From a virus: a DNA stretch of 64,000 nucleotides. Below are positions 30,716 through 37,945 of the stretch, in pieces (the stretch's first letter is position 1; each line of letters starts with the position of its first letter). The notes beneath the pieces were generated by a model. That model had not been told where the DNA came from. It did not search any database and saw only the letters and a program-made list of their open reading frames with translations. The translations under genes and the position numbers were made by a program. The DNA lies in IMG/VR virus record IMGVR_UViG_3300042509_001112, positions 1 to 64,000 of that record, one strand, 5' to 3'.

Positions 30716-31119
30716 TTTTTTACTATTTCTATTAGTTTCTTTAAACATTCAAGTTCTGCTTCTTCATAAGATTTAAAACCTTGTAAACCTAAAATACCAT
30801 TACCAAAGTCAATGTTATATCTATAACTTTCATCATTCATATCTATATAACTATGTGTTTTTGACTTTAACCATAACCATCTAAATGCGTGTGAATAGGT
30901 TGGCGCTGTGGTTGATTCTTCTAATATTTCTGAATTAATATAACAAACACCTTCATCAACCCCTTCTTTAAATTCTGAGGGTGTGTAAGGGTCTCTAAAT
31001 GCGAAGACATCAGCATATAAAAAAGAACTATCTTCTTTAAATAAACCTAAACAAGGTTCATCAAATCCTAATTCTTTTAAAGCTAATGCTTGTTCGTAGG
31101 GTATAAATTCTTTATTCAT
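30712..31119 (-). CDS. Hypothetical protein (FIPYEQALALKELGF family)
   Basis: MNKEFIPYEQALALKELGF...APT...SYEEAELECL; related to 31508..31786. Confidence 0.6.
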   Translation of the reverse strand: MNKEFIPYEQALALKELGFDEPCLGLFKEDSSFLYADVFAFRDPYTPSEFKEGVDEGVCYINSEILEESTTAPTYSHAFRWLWLKSKTHSYIDMNDESYRYNIDFGNGILGLQGFKSYEEAELECLKKLIEIVKK

Positions 31120-31315
31120 ATTTATTATTATAATATTGTTCACATCTACCTTTATTAGGATCAAATCCTTGTGCTTGCATACCTTCATAACAAGCATCAA
31201 CTATTTGTTGTTTTTGTATTCTTTTAGCTTCTTTAAGAATAGCATACCATGTAAGCTTATCTTTTGGTGTATCCCAAAGCTTTTTAAATAAATAATCAAC
31301 TGCTGTTTCTGTCAT
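31112..31315 (-). CDS. Hypothetical protein (TAV...QI.DA...EQYY family)
   Basis: Paralogous to 31296..31508. Confidence 0.6.
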   Translation of the reverse strand: MTETAVDYLFKKLWDTPKDKLTWYAILKEAKRIQKQQIVDACYEGMQAQGFDPNKGRCEQYYNNKYE

Positions 31316-31508
31316 TGTTATTGTAGGTTTCTTTGTAGTATTGTTCGGCTGTTTTATATGGGTTCATTCTATCGTGCCAAGATTGATTATGAGCATCAAT
31401 TATCTGCTCCTTTTCCATTGCTTTGGCTTGGTCGATAATATCATCACAATTTAAAGTTGTAATACCTTTTATATAAAGTCCTAACCACTCAACTGCTGTT
31501 TGTTTCAT
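31296..31508 (-). CDS. Hypothetical protein (TAV...QI.DA...EQYY family)
   Basis: MKQTAVEWL...EKEQIIDA...AEQYY. Confidence 0.6.
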   Translation of the reverse strand: MKQTAVEWLGLYIKGITTLNCDDIIDQAKAMEKEQIIDAHNQSWHDRMNPYKTAEQYYKETYNNNDRNSS

Positions 31509-31786
31509 TATATTAAGTTATTTAATGTGTATAAAATAGCTGCTTCGTAGGCTTCAGTAGGAGAATTAAAATCAATATTTGAAAAACAATGTCTAAAAAT
31601 TGTAGAATCATCTATTGAATACACACTAATCCAAATACCATTCTTCTCATACAACCACATTACCACACTTACGATTGTTGGAGCATTGAAACAATCCTCT
31701 AATCTCACAGTACCTAATATATTTTTGTCTTTATATTCTTTTTCTTTTAGCAACTTAGCTATTGGAAAGTTTACTGGTGTTGTCAT
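31508..31786 (-). CDS. Hypothetical protein
   Basis: VNFPIAKLLKEK...APT..WL...TEAYEAAI; related to 30712..31119. Confidence 0.55.
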   Translation of the reverse strand: MTTPVNFPIAKLLKEKEYKDKNILGTVRLEDCFNAPTIVSVVMWLYEKNGIWISVYSIDDSTIFRHCFSNIDFNSPTEAYEAAILYTLNNLI

Positions 31787-32070
31787 ATATCAAGTTTTAA
31801 GTTTGAGATGTAGTCTTCAGATGTTTTGTACTTATAAATTGTAGTTGCACCAAAACAAGTTCCTTCTGTGAAACCTTTTTTATGTGCCTTTTCAATTTCA
31901 GGAATTAAAGGAGTTGATTGAGATAGAATTTGATTTAAAGCTTTGATTTGTCCTATAAAATGTTGTAATTCTTGTGGAAATAATCCATCGTTATTAATTC
32001 TGTTTTCTAACTCTTCTATTCTTTTTTGAATAGCTGTTTTGTTTATGATAATGTATTCGTCTTTATTCAT
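31783..32070 (-). CDS. Hypothetical protein
   Basis: ORF with ATGA overlap to the next gene; start probably MNKDEY. Confidence 0.5.
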   Translation of the reverse strand: MNKDEYIIINKTAIQKRIEELENRINNDGLFPQELQHFIGQIKALNQILSQSTPLIPEIEKAHKKGFTEGTCFGATTIYKYKTSEDYISNLKLDI

Positions 32071-32090
32071 CTTGTTTCTTTTTAAATTGT

Positions 32091-32198
32091 TCAAACATCA
32101 TATATTAATTTAGTAATAAACATTCCAATGATAGCACCAAAAGCACTACAAATTATTGTCCATAAGATATATTTAATCCAATCAATATCATTTTTCAT
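32091..32198 (-). CDS. Small membrane peptide (35 aa, not in ORF track)
   Basis: Translated by hand: MKNDIDWIKYILWTIICSAFGAIIGMFITKLIYDV; one hydrophobic helix; fills the gap between two genes. Confidence 0.45.
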   Translation of the reverse strand: MKNDIDWIKYILWTIICSAFGAIIGMFITKLIYDV

Positions 32199-32199
32199 C

Positions 32200-32862
32200 T
32201 TATTTCTTTTTAAATTGTTCGATAAAATTTCTAAATTGTGCTTGTGGATTTCTATTCCAATCATCTTCATTAATTAAGATGTGCATTTCTAGTTTTTCAA
32301 TCATATCTTCTTGTTGCCATTTAGCACCATACACACAACCTTTTTTAAAAATAATCCTTTCATCTTGATTAAGATATTCCGTTGAATATAAAGAATTATC
32401 AGCAGCTTCTTCAAGTGTTTCTTGTTTAGGTTCTAATTTAGGCATTGCATCTGCCCACATTTTTGCTAACACATTTTTATCCATGTTGGGTAACTCGTCT
32501 AAATAATGAGTTTTGTTAGGTTTTTCTTGTGGAATGATGATTCCATAATTTCCTTTATCATTAAGGTTAAATTTTGGAAACACATTAACTTTAACAGACT
32601 CACAACTTGGATTCTTAACAAACCATTCTAAGAACTCATCATCAATAGCTTGTACACCATCATTTATCAAGTCTTGGTCTGTTGTTAGGATGATTTTTTT
32701 AAAAGTAATATCTTCAAATAGTTTATCAATAAAAGAGTATTTTTCTACACTACCTCCACCTTTGTAAAGAGTGCTCACTTTAATAACCCAATCTCCTTCT
32801 TTAATTTCTTCATCAGAAGTGATAAACAATTCTTTTCCTATTTTGTAGATATTTCTTTCCAT
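32200..32862 (-). CDS. Hypothetical protein
   Basis: ITSDEEIKEGDW...KKIILTTDQDL..DGVQAIDDEFLEWFVKNPSCE. Confidence 0.65.
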   Translation of the reverse strand: MERNIYKIGKELFITSDEEIKEGDWVIKVSTLYKGGGSVEKYSFIDKLFEDITFKKIILTTDQDLINDGVQAIDDEFLEWFVKNPSCESVKVNVFPKFNLNDKGNYGIIIPQEKPNKTHYLDELPNMDKNVLAKMWADAMPKLEPKQETLEEAADNSLYSTEYLNQDERIIFKKGCVYGAKWQQEDMIEKLEMHILINEDDWNRNPQAQFRNFIEQFKKK

Positions 32863-33428
32863 GATGTATTATTTAAAATATGTGTTATACATGATTCACT
32901 TACATTGTATTCTTTTGACAGCTTTTTAGCTGAATACTTATAAGGAATATACTTTTGTCTTATTTCTAAAACTTGTTCTTTTTTTAATAATGAATTTGTA
33001 TTTTGTTCTCCTGAATAAGCTACTCTATACAAATGAAGTTTATTTAATCCGTTTTTAGAAGCGTGTGTATGGTTTTGTGAATTAGTACACCACTCAAGAT
33101 TGTTTATTCTGTTATTTGTTTTATCACAGTCTATATGGTTCACTTGAGGGTAATTACTTGTGTTTGTAATAAATGCTTCTGCAACTAATCTATGTACATA
33201 CTTATTTATTTTTTGATTATTAACTGTGAAACCAATAGTCATGTATCCAAGATTACTTTTAGATTGTTTACATATCTTACCTTTTCTAATATAAGAAACT
33301 CCACTAGGTTTATTTACAATTCTATCTAAAGATTTTACATTTCCGAAATTAGAAACTTGATACAATCCCTCATAATTCTTTATATCTTTCCAAACTTCTG
33401 ATGTTGGTAATATGTGTATGTTTTTCAT
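32838..33428 (-). CDS. NUMOD4-HNH homing endonuclease
   Basis: EVWKDIKNYEGLYQVSNFGNVKS (NUMOD4); VHRLVAEAF...VNHIDCDKTNN..NLEW (HNH); C-terminal HTH. Confidence 0.92.
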   Translation of the reverse strand: MKNIHILPTSEVWKDIKNYEGLYQVSNFGNVKSLDRIVNKPSGVSYIRKGKICKQSKSNLGYMTIGFTVNNQKINKYVHRLVAEAFITNTSNYPQVNHIDCDKTNNRINNLEWCTNSQNHTHASKNGLNKLHLYRVAYSGEQNTNSLLKKEQVLEIRQKYIPYKYSAKKLSKEYNVSESCITHILNNTSWKEISTK

Positions 33429-34051
33429 TGTTTTAGTGTTAGTTTGCCGTTAATAAATTTTACTTCCCATTCTGTTTTGGGTTGAAGAGATTTAATGGTT
33501 CTATCTAATACTTCTTCTTCGTTTTGAAGAGGTTTACCTAATTGGGCATATAATTCTTGGTTAATACCCAATTGAACTCCTACATAAAAGATTTTCCCCA
33601 CATCCTCCTCTGTATATTTCTTCTCCTTGTTATCTTCAAGGGCTTGGGTGTATGCCTCAACATAAGTTGAAACCATACTTCTCCAATAATCTGTGCTTCT
33701 TGTAGTTTGTCTTGTTGACCAATTATGTGCCTTCTTCTCAACATCAATCTCACCAATTAGTTCTTTGACTTCTTGTAAAGATATTGGCTTAGTTTTAAGA
33801 TTAAGTATCTTACCACAACACAACATAGTATTACACATCCATTGTTTTCCATTTACAGGTGTCCACATTCTATCACATTCAAGTGGTTGTGTTGAGTGGG
33901 TGATTTTTATTTTATATCCTCCAGTAACATGATTATTACTACCAGTTCTTATTTCTTTTTGTTTATCATCCCAATAATAATCTGTTTCAGAGAAATCTAA
34001 GGAATTATCTACAACAATATAGTAATCTGTGTTTATTTTTATTAGTTTCAT
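33425..34051 (-). CDS. Hypothetical protein
   Basis: 208-aa ORF, ATGA overlap with the HNH gene. Confidence 0.6.
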   Translation of the reverse strand: MKLIKINTDYYIVVDNSLDFSETDYYWDDKQKEIRTGSNNHVTGGYKIKITHSTQPLECDRMWTPVNGKQWMCNTMLCCGKILNLKTKPISLQEVKELIGEIDVEKKAHNWSTRQTTRSTDYWRSMVSTYVEAYTQALEDNKEKKYTEEDVGKIFYVGVQLGINQELYAQLGKPLQNEEEVLDRTIKSLQPKTEWEVKFINGKLTLKQ

Positions 34052-34052
34052 A

Positions 34053-34910
34053 TTAAAATATATATCTTATTGTGTTCCATGGTATTATTTTATTGTGTAA
34101 TTCAATCCATTGATTAATAAATTCAGCTTTTAATTTATGGTTGTATCTAATATTTTCCCCACCATATTGAGATATTTTAAATTCTTGTATTTCTGGTTTC
34201 CATAATAAATGCTCACCTGATAAGTTATTATCTAAATTATAATGATGTTTACTTGCATTATGAGTAAGAAATATTACTTCACATTTAACTATATCTTTGT
34301 AATCTACATAAGTATTAACATAATCAAATAAATCTTCATAATCTTGTAACCAATTATCATATACAACTACAGGACTAAAGTTAATATGTACATCATAACC
34401 TGCATCTATAAAAGCATCAATAGCTTTGATTCTATCAATTATCTTAGAAGTATTAGGTTCTAACTCATTTGATATGTTTTGAGGCATTAAACTAAATCTA
34501 ATACGTATTTTACCTTCAGGATTAAATTTAGTTAAATTAGGATTTACATATTTAGTAGCTAAGCTACCCATTGCTATTGGATGTTCTTTAAAGAATTGAA
34601 ATATTCTTTCCCATTCATGATATTTAGCATGCAAAGCAAAATCTTCATTACAAGATAAATCATATGTTACATATTGATGGTGAGTTTGATTAGGTTTATC
34701 TACACTAGCAAACCATGCATGATTATTAATTTCTGTTAATATATCATTAGTATTTTTAGATATAGATAATCCAGTATGGTTATGTCTTTTCATATAACAG
34801 TAAGAACAATTATATAAACAGCCATAACCAAAACTCGGACTAATAAAATCAGTAGACCTACCACTAGGTCTTATTAACATAGATTTTCTATTTATCTGTT
34901 TTATTATCAT
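34053..34910 (-). CDS. Spore photoproduct lyase-like radical SAM protein
   Basis: GCLYNCSYCYM (CxxxCxxC), YDLSCNED, ATKY, RIRFSL, RIKAI...GYDVHINFSP, IRY near C-terminus: SplB-like layout. Confidence 0.8.
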   Translation of the reverse strand: MIIKQINRKSMLIRPSGRSTDFISPSFGYGCLYNCSYCYMKRHNHTGLSISKNTNDILTEINNHAWFASVDKPNQTHHQYVTYDLSCNEDFALHAKYHEWERIFQFFKEHPIAMGSLATKYVNPNLTKFNPEGKIRIRFSLMPQNISNELEPNTSKIIDRIKAIDAFIDAGYDVHINFSPVVVYDNWLQDYEDLFDYVNTYVDYKDIVKCEVIFLTHNASKHHYNLDNNLSGEHLLWKPEIQEFKISQYGGENIRYNHKLKAEFINQWIELHNKIIPWNTIRYIF

Positions 34911-35094
34911 TTTGTTTAATCAATGAACTTAAAAATATTTTCATTGTTCTACCACCATCTTGCATACTAATTTCTGCAATATCAAAATCACCTAACTCTT
35001 TATATAGAGTTAACATTCTACCAACAGAATAATCATTTTTAGCATGATTAATTACTTCTATTCTTGTTATTTTACTATCATCAATTCCTTTCAT
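34888..35094 (-). CDS. Hypothetical protein
   Basis: 68-aa ORF (ITRIEVI...SMQDGGRTMKIF). Confidence 0.55.
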   Translation of the reverse strand: MKGIDDSKITRIEVINHAKNDYSVGRMLTLYKELGDFDIAEISMQDGGRTMKIFLSSLIKQNDNKTDK

Positions 35095-35618
35095 TATTTC
35101 ATATTTTTAAGTTTATAAATATAACTACTATCTTCAGCATATTTACCATCAATAGCTTTTAAATATCTATTTTGTATTTTTATATAATGTTCTAAACACT
35201 CAGTATAAGTATTATATACTCTGTATTTATTACCTTTTTTAATACCTAATAAGTTTTTATTAGTTTTAACTAATTTAGATGTATAATTACCTGATTCTAA
35301 CTTAATTTGAGCTAATGCTACATTAGGTAATACACAACCTAATTCTACTAATTTAACAGTAATAGCACTATCATTTAATTCAACATCTTGAACTTTATTA
35401 GTTTTAATAGTTTTAAATATTTTATAATCATTAGCTGAATTACAAGTAAATACTAATACAGTAATAACTGTTATTACAAGAAATAGTGTAATTGCTGTTA
35501 CAACACTATCATTGTAAGTTTTACATTCATTTTTACATTTTTTACAAATGTATTTGTTGTCTACTACTTGCTTAACATTTTCATAACAACAACTTGATTT
35601 TAAGATTGGATTTTTCAT
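35094..35618 (-). CDS. Membrane-anchored glucosaminidase (GH73-like peptidoglycan hydrolase)
   Basis: Cys-rich N-terminus, one TM helix, then ALAQIKLESG...NKNLLGIK...KYAED. Confidence 0.65.
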   Translation of the reverse strand: MKNPILKSSCCYENVKQVVDNKYICKKCKNECKTYNDSVVTAITLFLVITVITVLVFTCNSANDYKIFKTIKTNKVQDVELNDSAITVKLVELGCVLPNVALAQIKLESGNYTSKLVKTNKNLLGIKKGNKYRVYNTYTECLEHYIKIQNRYLKAIDGKYAEDSSYIYKLKNMK

Positions 35619-35637
35619 ATTATTTTATTTAATAATT

Positions 35638-35728
35638 TGTAGTCAGGACGAGATTTGAACTCGCATCTCCTATACTAATATAGGGCGTTACCAATTGTGG
35701 TATTTATTCCCACTTACGCCACCTGACC
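35638..35728 (-). tRNA. Atypical tRNA-like element 1 (tRNA-Leu-derived scaffold, 19-nt D-loop insert, non-canonical anticodon loop)
   Basis: Acceptor GGTCAGG/CCTGACT, D-stem GCG/CGC, T-arm GCGAG-TTCAAAT-CTCGT; anticodon arm CCTAT-ATTAGT-ATAGG has a 6-nt loop; no encoded CCA. Confidence 0.65.
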
Positions 35729-35747
35729 ATTTTGCCACTTATTCTCT

Positions 35748-35808
35748 TACCCTTTTATATCGTGACTAACCTGCTTTACTTAAACGAGTTTTTCAAGGGT
35801 ACAGGTTA
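35748..35808 (-). ncRNA. Pseudoknot element between tRNA-like elements 2 and 1
   Basis: TAACCTG/CAGGTTA and TACCCTT/AAGGGTA interleaved 7-bp helices. Confidence 0.45.
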
Positions 35809-35810
35809 TT

Positions 35811-35894
35811 TGTAGTCAGGACAGGATTGATAGAAGTAACTACTCATCCTCACTTACTTTTGATTGGATAAACTACCAATTCCGCCACCTGACT
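35811..35894 (-). ncRNA. tRNA-like element 2 (acceptor ends retained, interior replaced)
   Basis: 5' AGTCAGGTGGCGGAATTGGTAG and 3' AATCCTGTCCTGACTACA flank sequence lacking the 3' D-stem, anticodon arm and 5' T-stem. Confidence 0.55.
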
Positions 35895-35901
35895 ATATTA
35901 T

Positions 35902-36156
35902 TTATACATTATGTGTTAATTCATCCATTGTTGGTGTGAACCTATACGCAGCTTCTTGAAGAATTGAAAACTGAACCATCATCATACGTTCGTAAGTCTC
36001 TCCACCTGCAATCTTTTGAACCATTTTACACTTTTCCCTTATAATACCTTCCATACGGATAATACCTTGGGGACCATCTTCTTTCATTTCTTGAATTACC
36101 TGAGCCAATTCTTCATCGGACATTTCAGAAAATACTTTTGTTACTTCGTTTACCAT
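35902..36156 (-). CDS. Hypothetical protein bracketed by tRNA-like repeats
   Basis: 84-aa ORF, visibly more CpG than the genome average. Confidence 0.6.
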   Translation of the reverse strand: MVNEVTKVFSEMSDEELAQVIQEMKEDGPQGIIRMEGIIREKCKMVQKIAGGETYERMMMVQFSILQEAAYRFTPTMDELTHNV

Positions 36157-36175
36157 GTTATTTGTTTTTAAATTT

Positions 36176-36337
36176 AGTAGTCAGGACAGGATTCGAACCT
36201 GTATGATAGTAGGGTATGTACACTCCCCATTTGAAGAACTACCTTAAGCGTCTACCAAGTTACATTGACCTCGTAGTGGATTCTAACCACATTATTTTTA
36301 CGTCTAGAACGAGGTTGTAACATTCCGCCACCTGACT
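36176..36337 (-). tRNA. Atypical tRNA-like element 3 (64-nt structured D-loop insert, expanded anticodon region)
   Basis: Acceptor AGTCAGG/CCTGACT, GGCGGAA[64 nt]TTGGTAGACGC, perfect T-arm ACAGG-TTCGAAT-CCTGT. Confidence 0.65.
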
Positions 36338-36340
36338 ATG

Positions 36341-36420
36341 TTGAGGATGAGAAGTCCTCTGTGTTGTAGTGGCTTTTCCATTCCCACTCTCATTCATTCC
36401 TTTCTCAAGGGAACAACACA
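36341..36420 (-). ncRNA. Three-way junction plus hairpin with potential kissing loops, immediately 5' of tRNA-like element 3
   Basis: TGTGTTGT/ACAACACA, TCC/GGA, AGTGG/CCACT, GAGGA/TCCTC helices; loops TGAGAA and TTCTCA are complementary. Confidence 0.5.
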
Positions 36421-36427
36421 TTAATTA

Positions 36428-36453
36428 AGAGAGTAGTATTTCTACTACTCTCT
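36428..36453. terminator. Hairpin (terminator or processing site) after 36463..37062
   Basis: AGAGAGTAGTA-TTTC-TACTACTCTCT perfect 11-bp stem, ~10 nt after the stop codon. Confidence 0.55.
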
Positions 36454-36462
36454 ATTAATTGA

Positions 36463-37062
36463 TTAAGCTAAAGACTCTAATACAGCTTTAGTACTAGCTG
36501 CTACTGTAGCAGTAGGTACAGATACTTTAGTTTCAACTCTCATATCTACATCACCAAATACATTAGCATTTGCAGATTCTTTATGATTGGTATAATCATT
36601 TACAAAGAATCCAGTAGAATACTGAATAGGTTGAACTACATTACCAGCACTGTCTTTAATTACATGCTTATCTTGCAACTGTTCTTTAGTTACAATACCA
36701 GCACTTAGAGCATACTTTTGCTCATCTGTTAATACATCAACAAGTTTATTGCTGTATTTCTTGCAGATTCTAGCTTTAGGTTTAGTAGCAAGCATTGCTT
36801 CTACTTGTTCTTTAGTTACACCATTTGGAACTAATACCCATGCCATACGAGTACTCTTGTACTCAGTTCCTTCGATATTAAATGCTTCAATATCAAATAA
36901 ACTATCAGACATACTATTCTCTACTTTCTTACCTGGATAAGTAGAAATAATTATTTGTCTAATTTGAGCTTGCTTAAATTCAGGCCCTTTTAATGAATCT
37001 ACAATACCATCTACAGTAATTGCGTTAAATTCTTTGCTGATTCCATTTACAGTTGTTTTCAT
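36463..37062 (-). CDS. Hypothetical protein
   Basis: 199-aa ORF with genome-typical codon use. Confidence 0.65.
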   Translation of the reverse strand: MKTTVNGISKEFNAITVDGIVDSLKGPEFKQAQIRQIIISTYPGKKVENSMSDSLFDIEAFNIEGTEYKSTRMAWVLVPNGVTKEQVEAMLATKPKARICKKYSNKLVDVLTDEQKYALSAGIVTKEQLQDKHVIKDSAGNVVQPIQYSTGFFVNDYTNHKESANANVFGDVDMRVETKVSVPTATVAASTKAVLESLA

Positions 37063-37093
37063 CTTGATTTAGTTTTAATAATTAATAATTAGT

Positions 37094-37456
37094 TTAATAG
37101 TTTGGTTCTTGTATAGCAATTTTAACTGCTTGTTTAAACTTTTGTTGAAATTTAGGAAACTTAATAAACATAAAGCAATCAGCTAGTTCATTTCGATGAT
37201 TTAGTTCAATTTTAAATGCATCTAACCATTCTTTGCTATTACGCCCATTAATTTTATCCTTAGGCTTATTTTGTAATTGTTTAATACAACTTCTGATATG
37301 ATTGGTATCCATATATTTTAAATATGTATCACCCCATTTCCAGTTGCTAGAGCTACTAAATTTTCTAACAATACCATTTTCTTTTTGATAAATGCTAGAA
37401 TTTAATTTAGCAAATCTTTCTTTAGGACTCATCTGAGTCTGTTGCGTATTTTTCAT
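37094..37456 (-). CDS. Hypothetical protein
   Basis: 120-aa ORF (MDTNHIRSCI...W..AFKIEL..R). Confidence 0.55.
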   Translation of the reverse strand: MKNTQQTQMSPKERFAKLNSSIYQKENGIVRKFSSSSNWKWGDTYLKYMDTNHIRSCIKQLQNKPKDKINGRNSKEWLDAFKIELNHRNELADCFMFIKFPKFQQKFKQAVKIAIQEPNY

Positions 37457-37664
37457 TGTTTTCTAATTGTTTTATATCAACAATATTTTGCTGATTGGTT
37501 TGTAATTCGTTTTCTGATTTAGTTTTCCAAATAGGTAGTCTATTAACACAGATACCAATAGGAAGGTATAGAATACCTCCTATTGATTTTCCGTATTGCT
37601 TTAAATCAGACCATTTGCTAGCTTTAACAGTTAGCTTTGTATCTATATTTAAAGGTTCTTTCAT
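37422..37664 (-). CDS. Hypothetical protein
   Basis: 80-aa ORF with ATGA overlap. Confidence 0.5.
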   Translation of the reverse strand: MKEPLNIDTKLTVKASKWSDLKQYGKSIGGILYLPIGICVNRLPIWKTKSENELQTNQQNIVDIKQLENNEKYATDSDES

Positions 37665-37945
37665 GCTACTTTAAGTACTATGTTGAACATTAATTTTCTT
37701 TTGTATCCAACAATAGCTTCAATAAATTGATCTCTTAAAGTTTTATTGTAACTACTTAATTTAGCTTTTTTAATAAGAGCTCTTTCATTTTCAGATTTAG
37801 CTTCTCTTAAATCAGTTAATGGTAATAGGTGAGGAGGTCTAAGTCCTTCTTTAACCATTTGAGCATCATTAGAGCAATTAACTTGTAATTTAGCTAATTC
37901 AGGATCGTTTGGATGTCTTAATACAGATTTCATGTTATTCTTCAA
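37661..37945 (-). CDS. Hypothetical protein
   Basis: 94-aa ORF. Confidence 0.5.
   Translation of the reverse strand: MKNNMKSVLRHPNDPELAKLQVNCSNDAQMVKEGLRPPHLLPLTDLREAKSENERALIKKAKLSSYNKTLRDQFIEAIVGYKRKLMFNIVLKVA

Noticed and set aside
35638-35728. Canonical functional tRNA-Leu(TAG)
   Set aside because: TAG lies in a 6-nt loop, the long Leu variable arm is absent and the D-loop has a 19-nt insert; kept only as tRNA-like.
36230-36236. CTTCAAA in element 3 as a Sec/opal-suppressor (TCA) anticodon loop
   Set aside because: The flanks (TAGTT / TGGGG) do not form an anticodon stem, and no TGA read-through is needed in the window.
35638-36337. CRISPR array or tmRNA
   Set aside because: Repeats are paired tRNA ends with irregular spacing and no cas genes; the acceptor has T3-A70 rather than G3.U70, and no tag reading frame is evident.
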